Positions 1-11,131 of a stretch of DNA of 64,000 bases are shown piece by piece; the first letter of the stretch is position 1, and each line of letters opens with the position of its first letter. The stretch lies in the NCBI GenBank assembly GCA_944329425.1, contig CALVIG010000001.1, positions 34,015 to 98,014 of the forward strand. Direction: 5' to 3'. Below the pieces are notes generated by a model. That model worked only from the letters and a program-made list of their open reading frames with translations. It made no database searches and was not told the origin of the DNA. The position numbers and the translations under genes were made by a program. This DNA is from an uncultured Bacilli bacterium. Its GTDB lineage: Bacteria; Bacillota_I; Bacilli_A; RF39; UBA660.

Positions 1-185
1 TTTTTAGTGCTTTTTGAAGTAGTAAGAAGTTCACTAGGCATCGTAATATAATACACGCTTAAAACAAGTATTAAACTAAATAAAGTTAAAAACCATAATT
101 TTTGTTTATTAATCATATTATCCTCCAAATCTTTCTAATTAAATATATGCACGATGATTACAAAAAGAACAAAAAAGAAGCTTTA

Positions 186-1565
186 TTAAGCTTCTTCCTT
201 TTCTGCTTTCATTATAGCGTTAGCAAATGGTAAAACATCATTTATCTTTTTATCTAATTCTCTTTTCTTTTCATCTAATTCTTTTTCTTTATTATCTAAT
301 TCCTTTTCAAACCTATCCAATTCCTCTTTTTTCGCATTAGAACTTTCTATTAAATCATTAACAAAATCTTCATCTTCTTGTAATTTACGTTCTTCATCTT
401 CATACTTGCTTTGTCTTTCTTTAATGGCTTCCAAACGTTTAGTTAACCTATTTATCATTTCTTCAACTATCTCTTGTTCATCAAGTTCAGCATCTAAGGT
501 TTCGCCATCTTGAATTCTATCCAAAGGTTTAACCGATAGATATTCATCATCTAAACTTTTCTTTTCATTTGGAATTGATACTACTGGAGATTTAGCTATT
601 TTTAGAATTTCCTCAACATCATAAGATTTTTTAGAAGTTTCTGGTTTTATTTCTTTTTCTACTTCAATAGGCTCTATTACTGGAATATCCATAGGCTTAA
701 CTTGTTCTTCTTTTACTTCCTCAACTATAGGTACTTCTGGTATTTCTAAAGAATCACTTGGTACTTGTATACTAGGTTCAACGATATTACTTATGCTTGG
801 AACTTCTGGTATTTCTGGAATTTCCGGAATTTTCGGAATTTCTGGAATTGTACTAATTTCTGACATAGAACTTTCTTGATTACTGTTTATGCCATCATAA
901 GTACCATCAATATCATCAAAATCTATGGTTCCGTTTAGTGCACCACTTACTTCGTTCACAAAATTATTTAAGTATAAATTACTAATTTTTGCTAGTGACT
1001 TAGAAATCAAATCATACACATCATTTTTATATGAATTCATAAGCTCCGCAAGTTTGTTATCATCAAAATTACTAATTCCTTTTAGATAAGAAATAAATTC
1101 GTTAATGCATTTTTCAATCTCTTCATTAGAACCATCTTCATTAAAAAATGGTACTCTTTTAATTTTTACTATTTCTAAATACTTATCGTTTAATAACGAA
1201 TCCAAGTTTTGAATGAAGTTTTCTTTTTCTTCTTTTGTATTTATGTTTGAAGTTTCAATTTTATCGTTTATCTTATCAACAAATTGTTCATTTACCGTTT
1301 CTACACTTCTTAAATCCTTAATAGCATATGATTCAATTAACTTTGAAATTGGGGTCGTAACCATGTCTTTTACGTTCATTATTGCGTTTGAAAAATCTAC
1401 CGTATAATTAGAAATGGTAACAACATCACCAATTAATGCCGTTGTTTTTTCATCTATAAACTTATTTAAGTTTCTAAGTTCAGAACGATAAGTATTATTA
1501 TCTTCACTAACCTTATCTAAAACACTACTCAACAATTTACTCATTATCGTTACCTCCCATTTCAT
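186..1565 (-). CDS. hypothetical coiled-coil protein with (P-E-I/V)n tandem repeat segment
   Basis: Long ORF with a Lys/Glu-rich coiled-coil C-terminus. A PEIPEIPEIPEVP repeat is encoded by the ggaatttc(t/c) tandem repeat at ~795-850. Confidence 0.4.
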   Translation of the reverse strand: MKWEVTIMSKLLSSVLDKVSEDNNTYRSELRNLNKFIDEKTTALIGDVVTISNYTVDFSNAIMNVKDMVTTPISKLIESYAIKDLRSVETVNEQFVDKINDKIETSNINTKEEKENFIQNLDSLLNDKYLEIVKIKRVPFFNEDGSNEEIEKCINEFISYLKGISNFDDNKLAELMNSYKNDVYDLISKSLAKISNLYLNNFVNEVSGALNGTIDFDDIDGTYDGINSNQESSMSEISTIPEIPKIPEIPEIPEVPSISNIVEPSIQVPSDSLEIPEVPIVEEVKEEQVKPMDIPVIEPIEVEKEIKPETSKKSYDVEEILKIAKSPVVSIPNEKKSLDDEYLSVKPLDRIQDGETLDAELDEQEIVEEMINRLTKRLEAIKERQSKYEDEERKLQEDEDFVNDLIESSNAKKEELDRFEKELDNKEKELDEKKRELDKKINDVLPFANAIMKAEKEEA

Positions 1566-2559
1566 CAGACACCTTTATCTTATTTAGACCTTTAATTAGA
1601 GGCTTAATATTAAGAAAAATTACTTCAGCTTCTGATAGTTTAGAATTTAATTCAACTTCCCTAGAGTTTAATTCAAGTTTTCTTTGTGATAACTTATTCT
1701 CTCTTTCAATGTTAGCTTCAATGTTTTTGTTAGTCGCGGTTAGTCTTTCATCGACTTCATCTTTTCTTTTTTCTAACTTCATTTCTTTTCTATACAATTT
1801 TTCTTCCTTGGTATTTAAACTCAAAATAACTTTGTTAAACAATGTCATATCATCATATTTCTCAAATTTATTAGTTGCTACACCATTAACACTAGGTTGC
1901 ATAGCGGTTTCCATACTTTTGTCTTCCATCATAACATCATCTTCCCCTTTTTCTTTTTCTACCACATTTTGTTTTAATTCATCAGTTAAAATTTTTAAAT
2001 ATTTATTATCAGTACTACTTATTAGTTCCTGTAATTTATCTTCCAATTCTTTTTTTGTTTTATCTAATAATGAATTTATTGCATTTACTAAAAACGCGTT
2101 TTCAGTTAAGTATGAAGTAATTTCTTTATCTACATACAAACGAAGTTTTTCAATTATTTCACTAAGATTTAAATCTTCGGTCATGTTTAATTGATTAGAA
2201 TTTTTATTTGACTTTAAATCCTTAATGTATGTTTTTTCTAATTTATCAATGGTAATATTACCTTCAACGTATTCTTCAATAAACGAATCATTCGTTATTT
2301 GAAGTGCGAGAGAATCAATAAATAATTTTCTTTTTATTTTTTTTACAATTGATGATTTAATGATCTCAGAGGTTTTATTACGCAAAACTTCTTCTGACAA
2401 CTTAATACTTGTTCCATTTAATAAACTTGACAAGTCCTCTGCAAAATGATAAATACCCTCGTCAATTAACTCTATTAAATCTTTAGATATTATTTTTTCA
2501 TTTAAGGTACTACATTTTAAAAGGACACTGTTTTTAATCCTTTCAATAACGCCAATCAT
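1537..2559 (-). CDS. hypothetical coiled-coil protein
   Basis: 340-aa ORF with a coiled-coil-like heptad-rich sequence. It overlaps the downstream ORF by 29 nt, which suggests operon coupling. Confidence 0.4.
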   Translation of the reverse strand: MIGVIERIKNSVLLKCSTLNEKIISKDLIELIDEGIYHFAEDLSSLLNGTSIKLSEEVLRNKTSEIIKSSIVKKIKRKLFIDSLALQITNDSFIEEYVEGNITIDKLEKTYIKDLKSNKNSNQLNMTEDLNLSEIIEKLRLYVDKEITSYLTENAFLVNAINSLLDKTKKELEDKLQELISSTDNKYLKILTDELKQNVVEKEKGEDDVMMEDKSMETAMQPSVNGVATNKFEKYDDMTLFNKVILSLNTKEEKLYRKEMKLEKRKDEVDERLTATNKNIEANIERENKLSQRKLELNSREVELNSKLSEAEVIFLNIKPLIKGLNKIKVSDEMGGNDNE

Positions 2560-2665
2560 AACTAGCCTCCTTGTTTAAACCTACCCCTTTTAACACAAAC
2601 CATAACGGTTCATATTATAACTATAAACATTCTATCACAAAAAAAGATAAATTTAAACATTAAAT

Positions 2666-5242
2666 TTACCTTTTTCTACTTTTTTTAAACACCAGCTTGT
2701 TATTACAAAAACAATATACCATTAACAAGGTGAATGAAACTATTGATATAATAATACCTTCCTTTAACTTATAAGGATAAAATACCATCTTTATATTATG
2801 GGTACCTTCCGTAATATCAAAACCTAAGTAAGAATCCGCAATCATATAAGTTTTTACTTTTTTACCATCTATATATACGCTCCAACCTTTATCATACGCT
2901 ATTGAAGTAAATACTATTTGATTTTTCTTAGCAGTTAGTTCGCCAACGATATTGGTATCATTATAATCACTAATTTTTAGGCAACCATCTTTTATTTCTT
3001 CATAAAATTTTTCAAAAGTAGAATGATTAACTGAATAAGCGTAAAAACTTAAAACGCCTTCCTCATATGAATCAAAATTAATTTCAACGTCAATTAAGCC
3101 CCCGCTTTTTTTGCCAACGTTAACAACATAATATTCATCAGACGTTAAAGAATAATAAGTTCCATCTACATAAAAACCAGTAACACTACTTCCTCCAATA
3201 TATATATAAATACTTTGTACCTTATCATTTTTAAGGGATAGCTTCAAGGAAGTAGATCCACCATTTAAATTGTAAGTAAATTCGCCGTTTGAATTCATTT
3301 CAAAATTTTCATCAACGATGTAACCCCCACTAACACTACTAACCTTAACCGGAGTAAAAATATTATTATAGCCAGTTGATAATAAAACAAAATTACTTTG
3401 ATTTATAAAAGGCACTCCTGTAATCAATTCCCAGTTTTTAACACTTTTGTCCACCGCGTACGCAATAGACGAAGAATATCTATACTTATTTAAATCATAA
3501 TATTCATCAGAATATTCAAGATCATAATAATCATCATCAACATAATTTCCCATTAGGTATTTTACGTTAAACATCGTATTATAAACTGGAGTTTGAACAG
3601 CGTTATAATAATAACTATTAATGTCATTGCCAGGCATTCCCATCATTCTTTGAAATTTAGAAACGCTTTCGTAAGCCATTGAAGAAAAGGTTGATATACC
3701 CTTATAACCATACCACGCAGGATCATTTAAAGTTAAATAATTAGTTTTTTCCATTCGGTATAAGTCATCATCAGTTTCTTTCGCATACGTTATTAAATTT
3801 TCATATGGTTTTTTATCCATCATAAAATTATCAATATCATGATCTATCTTCCAATTAGCATTTATACCGTAAATGCATTCACAAGATACCGTAACTAAAG
3901 TAAATATCATTAAAACTCGTTTAGGCATTTTCTTTAAGAAACTTAAAAGATAAATAAAATAATAACATAAAATAAAAATCAAACACGCAATAACCTTACT
4001 TTCACTCATGTTTTCAAATGATAATTTTGATGCTAGCATTGTAAAAACAAACATAATCATAAATCCTAAAGTAACTTTTAACTTACTTAAATATTTTATG
4101 TTTAAAAAAGAATAATAAGAAATTACTATTAAAACAAACACGTAAATGAAAGAATATCGCCAAGGTAAATCATTAGGGACGTGAAAAGCATGCCAAATAA
4201 AATCAATCGTGTTTATGTTAAAAGAGAAAAAGAAAAATAATAATGATAGTAAAGTTAAAACCTTAGCTTTTAAATTTATCTTTTTATTTATGAATAAAAG
4301 GATGATTAAGCATAAACTAATAAGTCCACAGTACACGTTAGGAAGCGGTAATATATCGCTAGCAAAAACGGTTCTGTTAGTCGCGGTTAAATGATTAAAT
4401 AAATAATCAATTACACCAAAATTAGTGGCAACGTCTGGAAAAGAGCCTTTAGTTGCAGAAATACTTTGAAGTGAATAAAAAAGTGGAACCAAAGCAAAAG
4501 AAACTAATCCGGCTGCTAAAACCGAAAACAAGCCAAACATCAAAAAAGTTTTTAAAATGTTTTTTATTTTATAATTACCTTTGTATAAAAAATAACCTAT
4601 AAAATAAAATACTGAAAATATGCATATCATATACCCAATAAAATAATTTGCAAATAACATTATAGCCAAAGAAATAGTATAAAAAAGTGGTTTTTTTTCA
4701 TCAATAATTCTATTTATACCATAAGCAATAAGCGGTAAAAACACCATTCCATCAAGCCACATTATGTTCCAATAATAGGCACAGAAATAACCTGAGAATG
4801 CGTATAAAGCCCCAAAAGCACATATAGCAAAATTACTTTTTTTAAAAGTTTTTTTTAAATAATAAGCCATTGTACAAGAAGCAAAAATAGCTTTTAAGGC
4901 AATTATTACGGAAAATGCCATTACTATGTTTTCTTTTTTAAATAAGAACATTATTATGTTAAAAGGACTTGATAAATAATTCAAAAAATTTCGGTAAAAA
5001 GGTATACCTCCTCCAGTGTTAAAAGAGTATAAAAGGCATTCTCCTTCTTTTACCCTATCATATAATTCATTAAGTAACGGACCATACTGATGATAAAAAT
5101 CAACATCTAGCATAGAATTGTTTCCAAATGGGGCTATTTTATTAAATGTATAAATAACCGAAATAATTATACTAGATAATAAAAACGTAATAATTAACCA
5201 TCTATTTTCCTTTAAAAAATTACTTAGTTTATTTTTCATCAT
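2666..5242 (-). CDS. YfhO-family polytopic membrane protein (putative glycosyltransferase)
   Basis: 858 aa, with many TM helices in the N-terminal half and a large extracytoplasmic C-terminal domain. The N-terminus (PFG...DVDFYHQYGPLL) resembles the YfhO family. Confidence 0.65.
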   Translation of the reverse strand: MMKNKLSNFLKENRWLIITFLLSSIIISVIYTFNKIAPFGNNSMLDVDFYHQYGPLLNELYDRVKEGECLLYSFNTGGGIPFYRNFLNYLSSPFNIIMFLFKKENIVMAFSVIIALKAIFASCTMAYYLKKTFKKSNFAICAFGALYAFSGYFCAYYWNIMWLDGMVFLPLIAYGINRIIDEKKPLFYTISLAIMLFANYFIGYMICIFSVFYFIGYFLYKGNYKIKNILKTFLMFGLFSVLAAGLVSFALVPLFYSLQSISATKGSFPDVATNFGVIDYLFNHLTATNRTVFASDILPLPNVYCGLISLCLIILLFINKKINLKAKVLTLLSLLFFFFSFNINTIDFIWHAFHVPNDLPWRYSFIYVFVLIVISYYSFLNIKYLSKLKVTLGFMIMFVFTMLASKLSFENMSESKVIACLIFILCYYFIYLLSFLKKMPKRVLMIFTLVTVSCECIYGINANWKIDHDIDNFMMDKKPYENLITYAKETDDDLYRMEKTNYLTLNDPAWYGYKGISTFSSMAYESVSKFQRMMGMPGNDINSYYYNAVQTPVYNTMFNVKYLMGNYVDDDYYDLEYSDEYYDLNKYRYSSSIAYAVDKSVKNWELITGVPFINQSNFVLLSTGYNNIFTPVKVSSVSGGYIVDENFEMNSNGEFTYNLNGGSTSLKLSLKNDKVQSIYIYIGGSSVTGFYVDGTYYSLTSDEYYVVNVGKKSGGLIDVEINFDSYEEGVLSFYAYSVNHSTFEKFYEEIKDGCLKISDYNDTNIVGELTAKKNQIVFTSIAYDKGWSVYIDGKKVKTYMIADSYLGFDITEGTHNIKMVFYPYKLKEGIIISIVSFTLLMVYCFCNNKLVFKKSRKR

Positions 5243-5306
5243 ATCACCAAGATAATAATAACATAAAAAAGAAGAAGGAACAATAATTAAACTTTTTGTT
5301 ATAACG

Positions 5307-6041
5307 TTATTCTAAAACGTTTTTTATCGCTTCTTCTTTTTTATAAAAAATCATTAATTTTTCATTTATATCTACCGTTGCAAGTAAAATGTTTTTGTAG
5401 TCGTTACAACCCTTTACTTTTAATTCCTTATTTAACCATTTAATATCTTTGTTTATGTTTTTTAGATTATTTATCATTATTTTTCCATCTATTATTACGT
5501 TTGAGCATAATCCCTGTTTACTAGGTTTTAAATTCATATCTTTTACGGTAACTTGCTGATATTCTTCTTTAGGTAAAAAACTAACCTTTCCATTCGCTTC
5601 CATTATTGCATACTTTATTTGGCTAACATCAAAATATCCAGCACTTCTTGCCGTTTCCAAAAAATCATTCATGTCAAATTTTATTTTTTTTAAATTTTTT
5701 ACAACAAACTTCCCATCTTGAATAATAATTGTAGGGGTTCCCATTAAAAATCTTCTTAACAAAATACTTTTTGTAGTTAATATACCAACAATGGTTGCTA
5801 TTAAACCAAATATCAAAACCGAAACAAAACCATTTAAAACCTGAGAATCTAAGTTCATTGTCATTTCTGCCGCAAAATTACCTATGGAAATACTTATAAC
5901 GTAATCAAACAAACTAAGTTCTGAAACTTGTCTTTTTCCAATCATCTTAGTAATCAAAAAAAGAGTAATTAAAGAAAATACCGCCCTTGAAGAAACAACA
6001 AAAATCTCATACCAATTAGTACTTATTATATCGCCCATCAT
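5307..6041 (-). CDS. DUF421 (YetF-like) membrane protein
   Basis: N-terminal TM helices with an ELSLFDYVISISIGNFAAEMT motif typical of DUF421. The C-terminal half is soluble. Confidence 0.5.
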   Translation of the reverse strand: MMGDIISTNWYEIFVVSSRAVFSLITLFLITKMIGKRQVSELSLFDYVISISIGNFAAEMTMNLDSQVLNGFVSVLIFGLIATIVGILTTKSILLRRFLMGTPTIIIQDGKFVVKNLKKIKFDMNDFLETARSAGYFDVSQIKYAIMEANGKVSFLPKEEYQQVTVKDMNLKPSKQGLCSNVIIDGKIMINNLKNINKDIKWLNKELKVKGCNDYKNILLATVDINEKLMIFYKKEEAIKNVLE

Positions 6042-6132
6042 AAAACATCACCGTTTATATAATTATCAAAAAAATAAGATTATATTCAAAAAAAGATTAC
6101 TAACGTAATCTTTTATCGACATTACTTATACA

Positions 6133-7242
6133 TTAATTTTTCTTTTGTATTATGCTACTTTTGGTTATTGTCTTGATGGTATCACTTCCATCTATAGTAT
6201 ATTCAACGTTAAAATATATTACCCTTGTTACGTCGCTTTCTTCAAATAGTACCGTATCTGCTAAACTACTAGCGTCAATTCCAACATAACTACCATTTCC
6301 AATTTTATATGCTATTTTATTAACGGTGGCATTATCACAAGTAATGTCATATTTAGCACTATTTGAGTTAACTTCTTTTATTGTTAAAGAGCAATTACCA
6401 TTTACCTGTTTTTTCGTTGTAGTTGGATTAATGGTTTTAGTAGAATACTTAGATATTTTACTATTATTTGGATAATAAACAACTTTAAGCGTTATTTTTT
6501 CAAGAAGTTGTTCTTTTGAAAACTTGATACTATCATTTAATTTCTTAGTTGATAATTTTTCGTAATCTTCTTTACCAACTTTATACTGAATTTCTTTTAC
6601 TTTTGCGTTATCACAACTTATTTGGTAATTAACACCACTACTCGTTTTATCAAGGGAAGAAAAAACGCATTTACCAGAAGCATCCTTTATTACCGTTATG
6701 TTAAAATCAGTGGATTTTAGTGAACCATCAACAGCGGTTGCGGTAATTACGGCGTTCCCAACCGAAACTCCTGTTACTTTTCCGTTTTCATCAACCGTTG
6801 CAACTTCCTCATCTGAGCTTTTATACCTTATTTTTTTATTAGAAGCATCTGCGGGTGTAACGGTTAAATACACTTTCCTAGCCGTGCCTTCCTTTATCGT
6901 TATATCTTTAATAATGGGATTTAGATCAGTAATTAAGACGTTTTCATTACTTGTTTGGCTAGTCCCATTTACCAAGCCTTGTAAATTCAAGCTTTTAAAT
7001 CCAAATAAACTACCATATCCAAAAACAAGTAATAAAGTAACACCAAAAAACGATAACCCAGCAATAATAAGTGATTTTTTCTTGGTTTCTTTACTTGCAA
7101 GACGTGGTCTACCTACTTTCTTTTTTTCAGTATCATCATCAAATCCTAAATATTCAACTACATCTTTTTTCACACTATCACTTCCATTATCACTATTATC
7201 TATAAAAATATTAACATTAAAAATATTCCCAGTAAACAACAA
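6133..7242 (-). CDS. membrane-anchored protein with bacterial Ig-like (Big_2) domain
   Basis: TM segment near residue 60. ATVDENGKVTGVSVGNAVITATA is a classic Big_2 motif. Confidence 0.5.
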   Translation of the reverse strand: MLFTGNIFNVNIFIDNSDNGSDSVKKDVVEYLGFDDDTEKKKVGRPRLASKETKKKSLIIAGLSFFGVTLLLVFGYGSLFGFKSLNLQGLVNGTSQTSNENVLITDLNPIIKDITIKEGTARKVYLTVTPADASNKKIRYKSSDEEVATVDENGKVTGVSVGNAVITATAVDGSLKSTDFNITVIKDASGKCVFSSLDKTSSGVNYQISCDNAKVKEIQYKVGKEDYEKLSTKKLNDSIKFSKEQLLEKITLKVVYYPNNSKISKYSTKTINPTTTKKQVNGNCSLTIKEVNSNSAKYDITCDNATVNKIAYKIGNGSYVGIDASSLADTVLFEESDVTRVIYFNVEYTIDGSDTIKTITKSSIIQKKN

Positions 7243-7301
7243 TATATACGTTATGTAAAGTGATTTTACAATAAAAAAACAAGTTAAACAAACTTGTCTT
7301 T

Positions 7302-8006
7302 TTAACCTATCAAGAAGTTCACCAAAACTGGTCCGAGAACGATTAATAATATTAACGGAATGAAAAATATTACCGAAAAAATACTTATTTTATTTGGTAT
7401 TTTATTAATTTGTGCTTTTATATCCATTACCTGTTTATCTTTTAAAAAGTCTAATTGGTTATACATAGTTTCTATAATACTATTACCAAAAAGATTAGAT
7501 TGTTCCATGTTTAAAATTATATTATTAATCGTTAAACTTGGAATTCTATAACTCATAAGAGATAAAGCCTCCGTAAGTGACTTACCAAAATTAACTTGTT
7601 TTAAGGTTTCTTTAAATTCGTCAGATATTTCAGAATCAATGTACTTACATGCCATTTTTATCGCGTTTTCCAAGTTTCTACCAGACTCTAACGCAAGGGT
7701 TAAAACCTCAAAATAATAATATGCTTCATTGTTTAATTTAGCCTCTCTTCTTTTTAAAGGTTTATCAATCATTGCATAATTGACAAAGTAATACCATAAA
7801 ACGGTAACAATGGGAGCTAAAAGCGCACCAGATGAAGCAAACAAAAACACCACAACGAAAACTAGCATAGAGGTATAAAACCTAAAATTCATAAAATATT
7901 CCGTATCAAATTTTTTTGATACCCCAAATAAATTTATCTTATCTTCCACCTTTTTTATGTCTTTTTCACGATAAATGCGGTAAATAAACGACTTTTTATC
8001 TTTCAT
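7302..8006 (-). CDS. Tad/T2SS-F family inner-membrane protein (TadC-like)
   Basis: Polytopic membrane protein in a GspF/TadC-like arrangement, lying directly downstream of the CpaF ATPase and the TadB-like gene. Confidence 0.5.
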   Translation of the reverse strand: MKDKKSFIYRIYREKDIKKVEDKINLFGVSKKFDTEYFMNFRFYTSMLVFVVVFLFASSGALLAPIVTVLWYYFVNYAMIDKPLKRREAKLNNEAYYYFEVLTLALESGRNLENAIKMACKYIDSEISDEFKETLKQVNFGKSLTEALSLMSYRIPSLTINNIILNMEQSNLFGNSIIETMYNQLDFLKDKQVMDIKAQINKIPNKISIFSVIFFIPLILLIVLGPVLVNFLIG

Positions 8007-8008
8007 GT

Positions 8009-9001
8009 TTAAAACCTCACTTTCATGATGCGGTTAACAACGTACGCATAAATACCGTAAAGTAAAACCATTATACAAAGTAATATGTTACCTTCGGTGG
8101 TATTAAAAAGAGGCAAAAAATAGCTTGTGTTTAAAGCCGTTATAAACAAAACAAACACAAAAGGCATAAATAATAATACCTTACTTATCATTGAAGAACT
8201 AGATGTTAAAGATTTCATTTCTTGTTTTAGTTTTTGCTTATTAAATAACATTTTTTCAATTGACGAAAACACCTTAATTATGTTACCACCAGTTTTATTT
8301 AAAATGCTAAGTGATGAGGTTATGTAACTTACTTCTTCCGACTCTACCCTTTTACTAAACCTATCAAAAACAACGTCAAGCGATAAACCATAACTAATTT
8401 CCAAATGCATTTTTTTAAACTCTTGTTTTATTGGCCCTTTTAGTTCATGCGCTACTATTTCTATGGCTTGCATGGTACTTCTACCTGATCTAAAAGCATT
8501 ATTCATTATTATTATTGCGTTTAATAATTCTTGCTCAACTTGTTTTTTCTTGCGATAATCTGAGAATTTAAAGTATATATCAAGCAAGAAAAATCCTAAT
8601 AAACCAAATAATAGTATATCAAATAAACTAGGTAAATTTCCTTCTATTATCCTTGCAAACGAAATAATAAACACGAATAGTAAGGAAATAATAAACTTGT
8701 TACTAACAAAGTCCATTGCACTAATATCCTTTGTTTCATCATAAGAAATGTATTTATTATATTTTAAACTATACTTTTTCATAACGATTGACTTCTTTAA
8801 ATATGAACTTAGTTTATGAATGATTTTAGAATACTCATTATGTAATAAATCAAAAAGTGAAACAGATTTGTTTTTAATAGAGTCAATACTGTATTTAGCT
8901 ATTCTTTTTTCTATTTTAAGTGCCTTGTTATATATTATTAAATAAAATATTATAAAGGCTAAAATAACCATAATTATGGTTTGAATAATAAATACGTTCA
9001 T
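8009..9001 (-). CDS. Tad/T2SS-F family inner-membrane protein (TadB-like)
   Basis: TM-cytoplasmic domain-TM architecture adjacent to the CpaF/TadA ATPase. Confidence 0.5.
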   Translation of the reverse strand: MNVFIIQTIIMVILAFIIFYLIIYNKALKIEKRIAKYSIDSIKNKSVSLFDLLHNEYSKIIHKLSSYLKKSIVMKKYSLKYNKYISYDETKDISAMDFVSNKFIISLLFVFIISFARIIEGNLPSLFDILLFGLLGFFLLDIYFKFSDYRKKKQVEQELLNAIIIMNNAFRSGRSTMQAIEIVAHELKGPIKQEFKKMHLEISYGLSLDVVFDRFSKRVESEEVSYITSSLSILNKTGGNIIKVFSSIEKMLFNKQKLKQEMKSLTSSSSMISKVLLFMPFVFVLFITALNTSYFLPLFNTTEGNILLCIMVLLYGIYAYVVNRIMKVRF

Positions 9002-9015
9002 GTTTATTCACCTTC

Positions 9016-10350
9016 TTACTTTTTAAAGTTAAAAATATCTTCTAAATCATCTATCCCTTTACTTTTAATTTTTTTATAAACGTTAGGAACACGTTTTTTT
9101 AAATCAAAGGCACCATCTACCTCACCGTTTGAGGTTAAACCTGTTTGTTTGAAACTAAATATTTCTTTAAGTTCAATAACGTCGTCTTTAAAGCCATCCA
9201 CTTCACATATACTGGTAACTTTTCGTCTTCCATCAGATAACCTTGATACGTTAACAACTAAATCAATTGCGTTTTCAATGTATTCACGAATAGCTTTTAT
9301 TGGAATATCCATACCCGCCATTAAAACCATGGTCTCAAGTCTGTTTAACGCATCTGAAGGACTATTAGCATGCATCGTCGTAAGTGATCCGTCATGACCA
9401 GTATTCATGGCCTGAAGCATGTCAAACGCTTCTTTACCACGGACTTCACCTACAATTATTCTATCAGGTCTCATACGAAGAGAATTAATAACTAAATCAC
9501 GAATCGTTACTTCACCGGTCCCTTCATAGTTAACTAACCTGGTTTCAAGTCCAATAACATGTGATTGTCTAAGTCTTAGCTCCGCAGCATCTTCTATCGT
9601 AATAATACGTTCATGATCCCCAATAAACGACGATAACGCGTTAAGTAAAGTCGTTTTACCGCTTCCAGTACCACCACATATAATTATGTTTAACTTTGCT
9701 TTTACCGAAGCATCAAGGAACCTAGCCATGTAAGGAGTCATGGAACCAGTTCTTAAAAAATCCTCAATGGTTTGCATGTCCCTTCTAAACTTTCTTATGG
9801 TGACAACCGGACCTTTTAATGATAGCGGTGGAATTACCGCATTAAGTCTAGAGCCATCTTCAAGTCTTGCATCAACCATTGGGTTTGCGGTATCAATGGT
9901 TCTTCCAAGTGGCTGAACTATTTTTTGAATGGTTCTTATAATGTGTTCATCATTAATGAATGATACCGAATCATCTTTACTTATTTGCCCGTCTATTTCA
10001 ACGTATACTTCGTTTTTACCATTAACCATTATCTCGGTTATATTTGGGTCTTCCAAAAGTTCGGTTATAGGGCCATAACCATTTATTTCATTATCAATAA
10101 GGTTAAAAATATGACTTCTTTCTAAGTTAGTCAAATCATAACCTAATAGAGCCTTATCTATTTCATCATTTATGTATTCATGAAGCAACTTGTTATTAGG
10201 AATCTTATCATCTATCAAATTAGATATGATGGTGTTTCTTAAATTATCAAGTAACTCTTTATCTTTGAAAATTTCATAGTCTGCTACTGGTTTAGTAACA
10301 ACTTTTTCTTCTTTTATATCAAATGCATCAAGTAGTTTTTTCCTAGCCAT
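9016..10350 (-). CDS. CpaF/TadA-type secretion ATPase (VirB11/GspE superfamily)
   Basis: Walker [15 protein letters not shown] and [10 protein letters not shown], with the Asp box and His box typical of type II/IV secretion ATPases. Confidence 0.85.
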   Translation of the reverse strand: MARKKLLDAFDIKEEKVVTKPVADYEIFKDKELLDNLRNTIISNLIDDKIPNNKLLHEYINDEIDKALLGYDLTNLERSHIFNLIDNEINGYGPITELLEDPNITEIMVNGKNEVYVEIDGQISKDDSVSFINDEHIIRTIQKIVQPLGRTIDTANPMVDARLEDGSRLNAVIPPLSLKGPVVTIRKFRRDMQTIEDFLRTGSMTPYMARFLDASVKAKLNIIICGGTGSGKTTLLNALSSFIGDHERIITIEDAAELRLRQSHVIGLETRLVNYEGTGEVTIRDLVINSLRMRPDRIIVGEVRGKEAFDMLQAMNTGHDGSLTTMHANSPSDALNRLETMVLMAGMDIPIKAIREYIENAIDLVVNVSRLSDGRRKVTSICEVDGFKDDVIELKEIFSFKQTGLTSNGEVDGAFDLKKRVPNVYKKIKSKGIDDLEDIFNFKK

Positions 10351-11131
10351 CTTTTCTTACCTCCTTGTTAGGTTCTTTACTATTTAACAAAGCGGTTGCT
10401 AACTTAGTAAGCTTAATTATATCGTTTTTCTTTGAAGATCTTATTTTTTTGTTAAGAGTTAATATTTCACCATCAATTACATACTTATCAATATCTTTTA
10501 TGTAAAAAGAATGATCTATCGTATAATCAATGTTATGCTTTATTATGTTCTTTACGTCAAACAAAGAAAAATAATCTTTTCCAGTATCTTTCGATGAATT
10601 AAAGACAACCTTATAATTATCATTTTCGGTATCTTCAAATATTGCAATCATACTACGTGCATTTTTTAAGTCAACTGGATCATTTGTAACCATGAATAAA
10701 GTATTGTCACTCTTATCAATAGCGGTTAAAGAAACCGGGCTTAAATTATGAGAAGTATCAATCAAAATAACATCATACTTATAAATGCACGAAGAAATAA
10801 TTAAATTAACGTACTTTGAATCAATTTTAAGTGCGTTTCTAGGATCTTTAGGTGCTGCTAAAACATCTATTTTATCATTGTATTTGCAAACGTAATTAGA
10901 AATCTCCTCAAACCTATTATTGCTAATGTCATCCACGGCGTTAAATATCGTTTTTTCAACTGGTACGTTAAGACTTAAAGCAATACCACCACTATTTAAA
11001 TCAAGGTCAATTATCAATACCTTTTTATCCATCAAACTATATATTCCGGCCAAATTAATGGTTGTTGTTGTTTTACCAACTCCGCCCTTACAAGAAAACA
11101 CCGTTATTATTTTAGCTGCTTGTTTTTTCAT
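10343..11131 (-). CDS. CpaE/TadZ-like ParA/MinD-family ATPase
   Basis: Deviant Walker A SCKGGVGKTTTTINLA. It sits in the Tad locus upstream of the ATPase. Confidence 0.6.
   Translation of the reverse strand: MKKQAAKIITVFSCKGGVGKTTTTINLAGIYSLMDKKVLIIDLDLNSGGIALSLNVPVEKTIFNAVDDISNNRFEEISNYVCKYNDKIDVLAAPKDPRNALKIDSKYVNLIISSCIYKYDVILIDTSHNLSPVSLTAIDKSDNTLFMVTNDPVDLKNARSMIAIFEDTENDNYKVVFNSSKDTGKDYFSLFDVKNIIKHNIDYTIDHSFYIKDIDKYVIDGEILTLNKKIRSSKKNDIIKLTKLATALLNSKEPNKEVRKDG

Noticed and set aside
795-850. Short tandem repeat considered as possible CRISPR or minisatellite
   Set aside because: The repeat unit is 9 bp with no spacers and is translated as (PEI)n inside a CDS, so it is not a CRISPR array.
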